Of a DNA stretch of 64,000 nt, positions 61,201 to 64,000 are shown in pieces. The notes below the pieces were generated by a model, which made no database searches, was not told where the DNA came from, and was given only the letters and a program-made list of their open reading frames with translations. How positions within the stretch are numbered: the first letter of the stretch is position 1; every line of letters starts with the position of its first letter. Source of the stretch: Thermoanaerobaculia bacterium (GTDB lineage: Bacteria > Acidobacteriota > Thermoanaerobaculia > Multivoradales > Multivoraceae); NCBI GenBank assembly GCA_963664405.1, contig OY761158.1, forward strand, positions 2,464,001 to 2,528,000, read 5' to 3'. Position numbers and translations under genes: made by a program.

Positions 61201-62805
61201 TTGAAGAGACGTGATGCCCTCGAGACCCTGGCTCTTGTTGCAGCGGCCTGGTGCATCGCGGCCGGGATCATGGCTCCAGCGAGTCATGGGGCTACACCAC
61301 CGAACATCATCCTGATTCTGACCGACGACCACGGCTGGAACCATGTTTCCTACCGATCCGACCCGGACCAGCCAAACTCATCGAGCGACTTCATCGAAAC
61401 ACCAAACCTCGCACGTGCCGCGAAACGGGGCATTCGCTTCACCGACGCCTACGCACCGAATCCCATCTGCTCCCCAACTCGTCACAGCATGTTGTTCGGC
61501 CAGAACGCCGCAAGACACGTCTACGCCAAGTCAATGGACTGGTTGGCTGATGCCTCCGGCTGGCTGACGATTCCCAAGGCGATCAAGCAAGCCAACAGCG
61601 CATACCGCACCGCGCATTTCGGCAAATGGCACGTGGGCCTTACCCCCCAGGAGATCGGCTTCGATTACAGCGACGGAATCACCAACAACTCTCAGGGCGA
61701 GTTTCACCACGGCGTCTTCAAGAACTCGCGATCCCTGCGATCGAAGGTCACCGCCTACAACAAGGCAGAAGGCATTTCCGTCAAGCCACCCGGTTACTCC
61801 AAGCAGCCCGTCTCGTATGAAGAAGCGGACCCCAAAGCGGCATTCAGCCTGGCGCTCAAATCCGAGGCGTTCATCCGCGAAAGTGTCGCGGACCGCAAGC
61901 CGTTCTTCGCCTACATCGCGCACTACGCGGCGCACCTCGATCTGGTTTCGACTGGCGCGAGCTACGAGTACTTCAAGAACAAGAAAAAGGGCAGCCGTCA
62001 CGACAACGCCGCCTACGCCGCCATGGTCAAAGACCTGGACACCGCGATCGGCCGAACGCTCGATCTGGTCGAGGAGCTTGGAATCGGGGACAACACCTAT
62101 ATCTTCATCACGGGTGACAACGGCGGGGTTCAGAACTTCTACCAATCCGTCCGTGTTGACGAATCAAACAACGTCCTGAGCTCCCAGGAGTCAGACATCG
62201 AATGGCGGAACCTTCCGCTTCGGCAGGGGAAGCACGAGTTCTACGAAGGCGGTATTCGCGTGCCCTTCATTGCGCTGGGGCCCGGGATCAGTGGCGGCTC
62301 AGTCTCGCGATCCCCGGTGTCAGGCCTCGACTTCCTCCCCACCTTTGCCGCCCTGGCCGGCGGATCACCGCAGCCATCACCCGCCGTCGACGGAGACAGC
62401 ATCGCATCAGTTCTCATCGAGCCGGACAGCGAAGTCGTTCGCGAATCCGACTCCCTGATCTTCCACCAGGGAGCGAATCGAACACCCATCAGCGCAATTC
62501 GAAAGGGCAATTACAAGCTCATCAAGCACTGGATGGCCGGAGAGGGCTGCAAGTATTGTGGGGACCATTTGCTGGAGCTGTATGACCTCAGTCAGGACAT
62601 CGGAGAGGCGGAGGACCTTGCTGACCGGTTGCCTGAGCTGACACGGGCTCTCGACGATGAGCTGATGAAATTTCTCGCCAAGGCAAACGCCGAGACCGAG
62701 CTTCGCCCGCGCAAGGATGCCTACAACGTAATGCTGGAGAAAATGGGCATCGATGAAAACGCGATCGAGGTCAATACGGAATATGTATCGCCCTTCGAGG
62801 ATTAG
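61201..62805 (+). CDS. Formylglycine-dependent (Cys-type) sulfatase
   Basis: PNIILILTDD.G, CSPTR, GKWH, GDNG and YEGGIRVP; TTG start after GGAGGAG. Confidence 0.92.
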   Translation: MKRRDALETLALVAAAWCIAAGIMAPASHGATPPNIILILTDDHGWNHVSYRSDPDQPNSSSDFIETPNLARAAKRGIRFTDAYAPNPICSPTRHSMLFGQNAARHVYAKSMDWLADASGWLTIPKAIKQANSAYRTAHFGKWHVGLTPQEIGFDYSDGITNNSQGEFHHGVFKNSRSLRSKVTAYNKAEGISVKPPGYSKQPVSYEEADPKAAFSLALKSEAFIRESVADRKPFFAYIAHYAAHLDLVSTGASYEYFKNKKKGSRHDNAAYAAMVKDLDTAIGRTLDLVEELGIGDNTYIFITGDNGGVQNFYQSVRVDESNNVLSSQESDIEWRNLPLRQGKHEFYEGGIRVPFIALGPGISGGSVSRSPVSGLDFLPTFAALAGGSPQPSPAVDGDSIASVLIEPDSEVVRESDSLIFHQGANRTPISAIRKGNYKLIKHWMAGEGCKYCGDHLLELYDLSQDIGEAEDLADRLPELTRALDDELMKFLAKANAETELRPRKDAYNVMLEKMGIDENAIEVNTEYVSPFED

Positions 62806-62820
62806 CCGAGGGGTGTGTTC

Positions 62821-64000
62821 ATGACCAGGCTCCTGAGTCTCGCCTGTGCTCTTGCGGCTGTGGTGCTGCCCGGAATCTGCGCCGCGGCAGAAAGTCCGTC
62901 CTTCATCACCTTCGAGAGCGGTCAAATCCGCCCGCTGACGATGGAGCCTGGAGGCTCTCGCCTCTTCGCTCTCAACACCCCCGACAATCGCCTCGAGATC
63001 TTCGACATCGTCGACTCCCGCCTCGAGCACTCGGGCTCGGTGGCGGTGGGAATGGAACCGGTGGCCTTGGCCATGCGCGACGAAACCGAGCTGTGGGTCG
63101 TCAATCACCTTTCCGACAGTGTCAGCGTGGTCGACGTGGCGGACGCGCTCCCACGGGTCGTCCGCACGCTTCTGGTCGGAGACGAGCCCAGGGACATCGT
63201 CTTCGCCGGTCCGAGCCGTAGGCGTGCCTTCATCACTACCGCCCACCGTGGCCAGCATCGGACCCATCCCTCCATCGCGTCGGTTCCAGGTGCCGTAGAC
63301 CCGGAGCTGACCACTGCCGGCGTGCCCCGAGCCGACGTGTGGGTATTCGACGCCACGGACCCTGGCGGCGCGTTGGGGGGGCGCCCTCTGCGCATCGTGG
63401 AGCTCTTCGGCGATACGCCGCGGGCCCTGGCCGTCAGTCCCGACGGCGGAACGGTCTACGCCGCGGTCTTCTTTTTGGGGAACCGCACCACGGTGGTCGG
63501 GGCGGGGGCTGTATGTGACGGCTTCATCGCCAGCGACGAGGTCGACGCCTGCCCGAATCAGCTCTCCGGTAGTCCGGGTGGCAATCCCGGCCCCGCCACC
63601 AACTCTGCCGGAGCGCCGGCGCCCGAGGCGGGGCTGGTCGTGCGTCACGACGGCGCCTCCGACGAGTGGCTTGACGAGCTGGGACGCGACTGGTCGAACG
63701 CCCTCCGCTTCGATCTGCCGGACCTGGACGTTTTCGCCCTTGACGCCACCACCCTGGAGCAGACCGCCTCGTTCTCCGGCGTCGGCACCACGCTTTTCAA
63801 CATGGCGGTCAATCCGGTGAGCGGAGCCCTCTACGTCTCGAACACCGACGCCCGCAACGAGGTCCGCTTCGAGGGGTCGGGCGTATTCGGTGGCAGCACC
63901 GTCCAGGGCCATCTGGCGGAGGCTCGGATCACCGTGCTCGAGCGGGGCAAGAAGCCGAGGGTCAGGCACCTGAACAAACACATCGACTACGACCATCGTC
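62821..64000 (+). CDS. Secreted YncE/YVTN beta-propeller protein, partial (runs off the right edge)
   Basis: MTRLLSLAC...FESGQIRPL...[14 protein letters not shown]...VGMEPVAL...[14 protein letters not shown]...[10 protein letters not shown]. Confidence 0.85.
   Translation, partial: MTRLLSLACALAAVVLPGICAAAESPSFITFESGQIRPLTMEPGGSRLFALNTPDNRLEIFDIVDSRLEHSGSVAVGMEPVALAMRDETELWVVNHLSDSVSVVDVADALPRVVRTLLVGDEPRDIVFAGPSRRRAFITTAHRGQHRTHPSIASVPGAVDPELTTAGVPRADVWVFDATDPGGALGGRPLRIVELFGDTPRALAVSPDGGTVYAAVFFLGNRTTVVGAGAVCDGFIASDEVDACPNQLSGSPGGNPGPATNSAGAPAPEAGLVVRHDGASDEWLDELGRDWSNALRFDLPDLDVFALDATTLEQTASFSGVGTTLFNMAVNPVSGALYVSNTDARNEVRFEGSGVFGGSTVQGHLAEARITVLERGKKPRVRHLNKHIDYDHR

Overview
GC-rich bacterial window, most likely an Acidobacteriota (Thermoanaerobaculia-like) genome, inferred from the repeated 'FF..NPEM.IKVLDGC..NG..W.F...TNV' secreted domain and the DUF6152/'EYACHEGN' and DUF3604 expansions. 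It holds accessory, mostly secreted or catabolic genes and no core housekeeping, rRNA, tRNA or CRISPR features. Mobile DNA: three complete IS elements with identifiable ends and target duplications (IS1182 21597-23150, a four-ORF IS21 48933-52246, IS256 53072-54435) and four copies of a ~158-bp CTAG-targeting MITE. A degenerate integron-like cassette region lies at about 42.7-47.6 kb. Many genes are decayed by nonsense codons, frameshifts, internal deletions or IS insertion, including a glycosylation locus. The best candidate uncharacterised systems are a DUF6152 plus 'EYACHEGN' paralog operon, an ABC module with a STAS-acetolactate-decarboxylase-like fusion and a tandem binding protein, and a DUF3604 gene coupled to a cytochrome c'-beta/YHS fusion. 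All family calls come from motif recognition by eye, not database searches.
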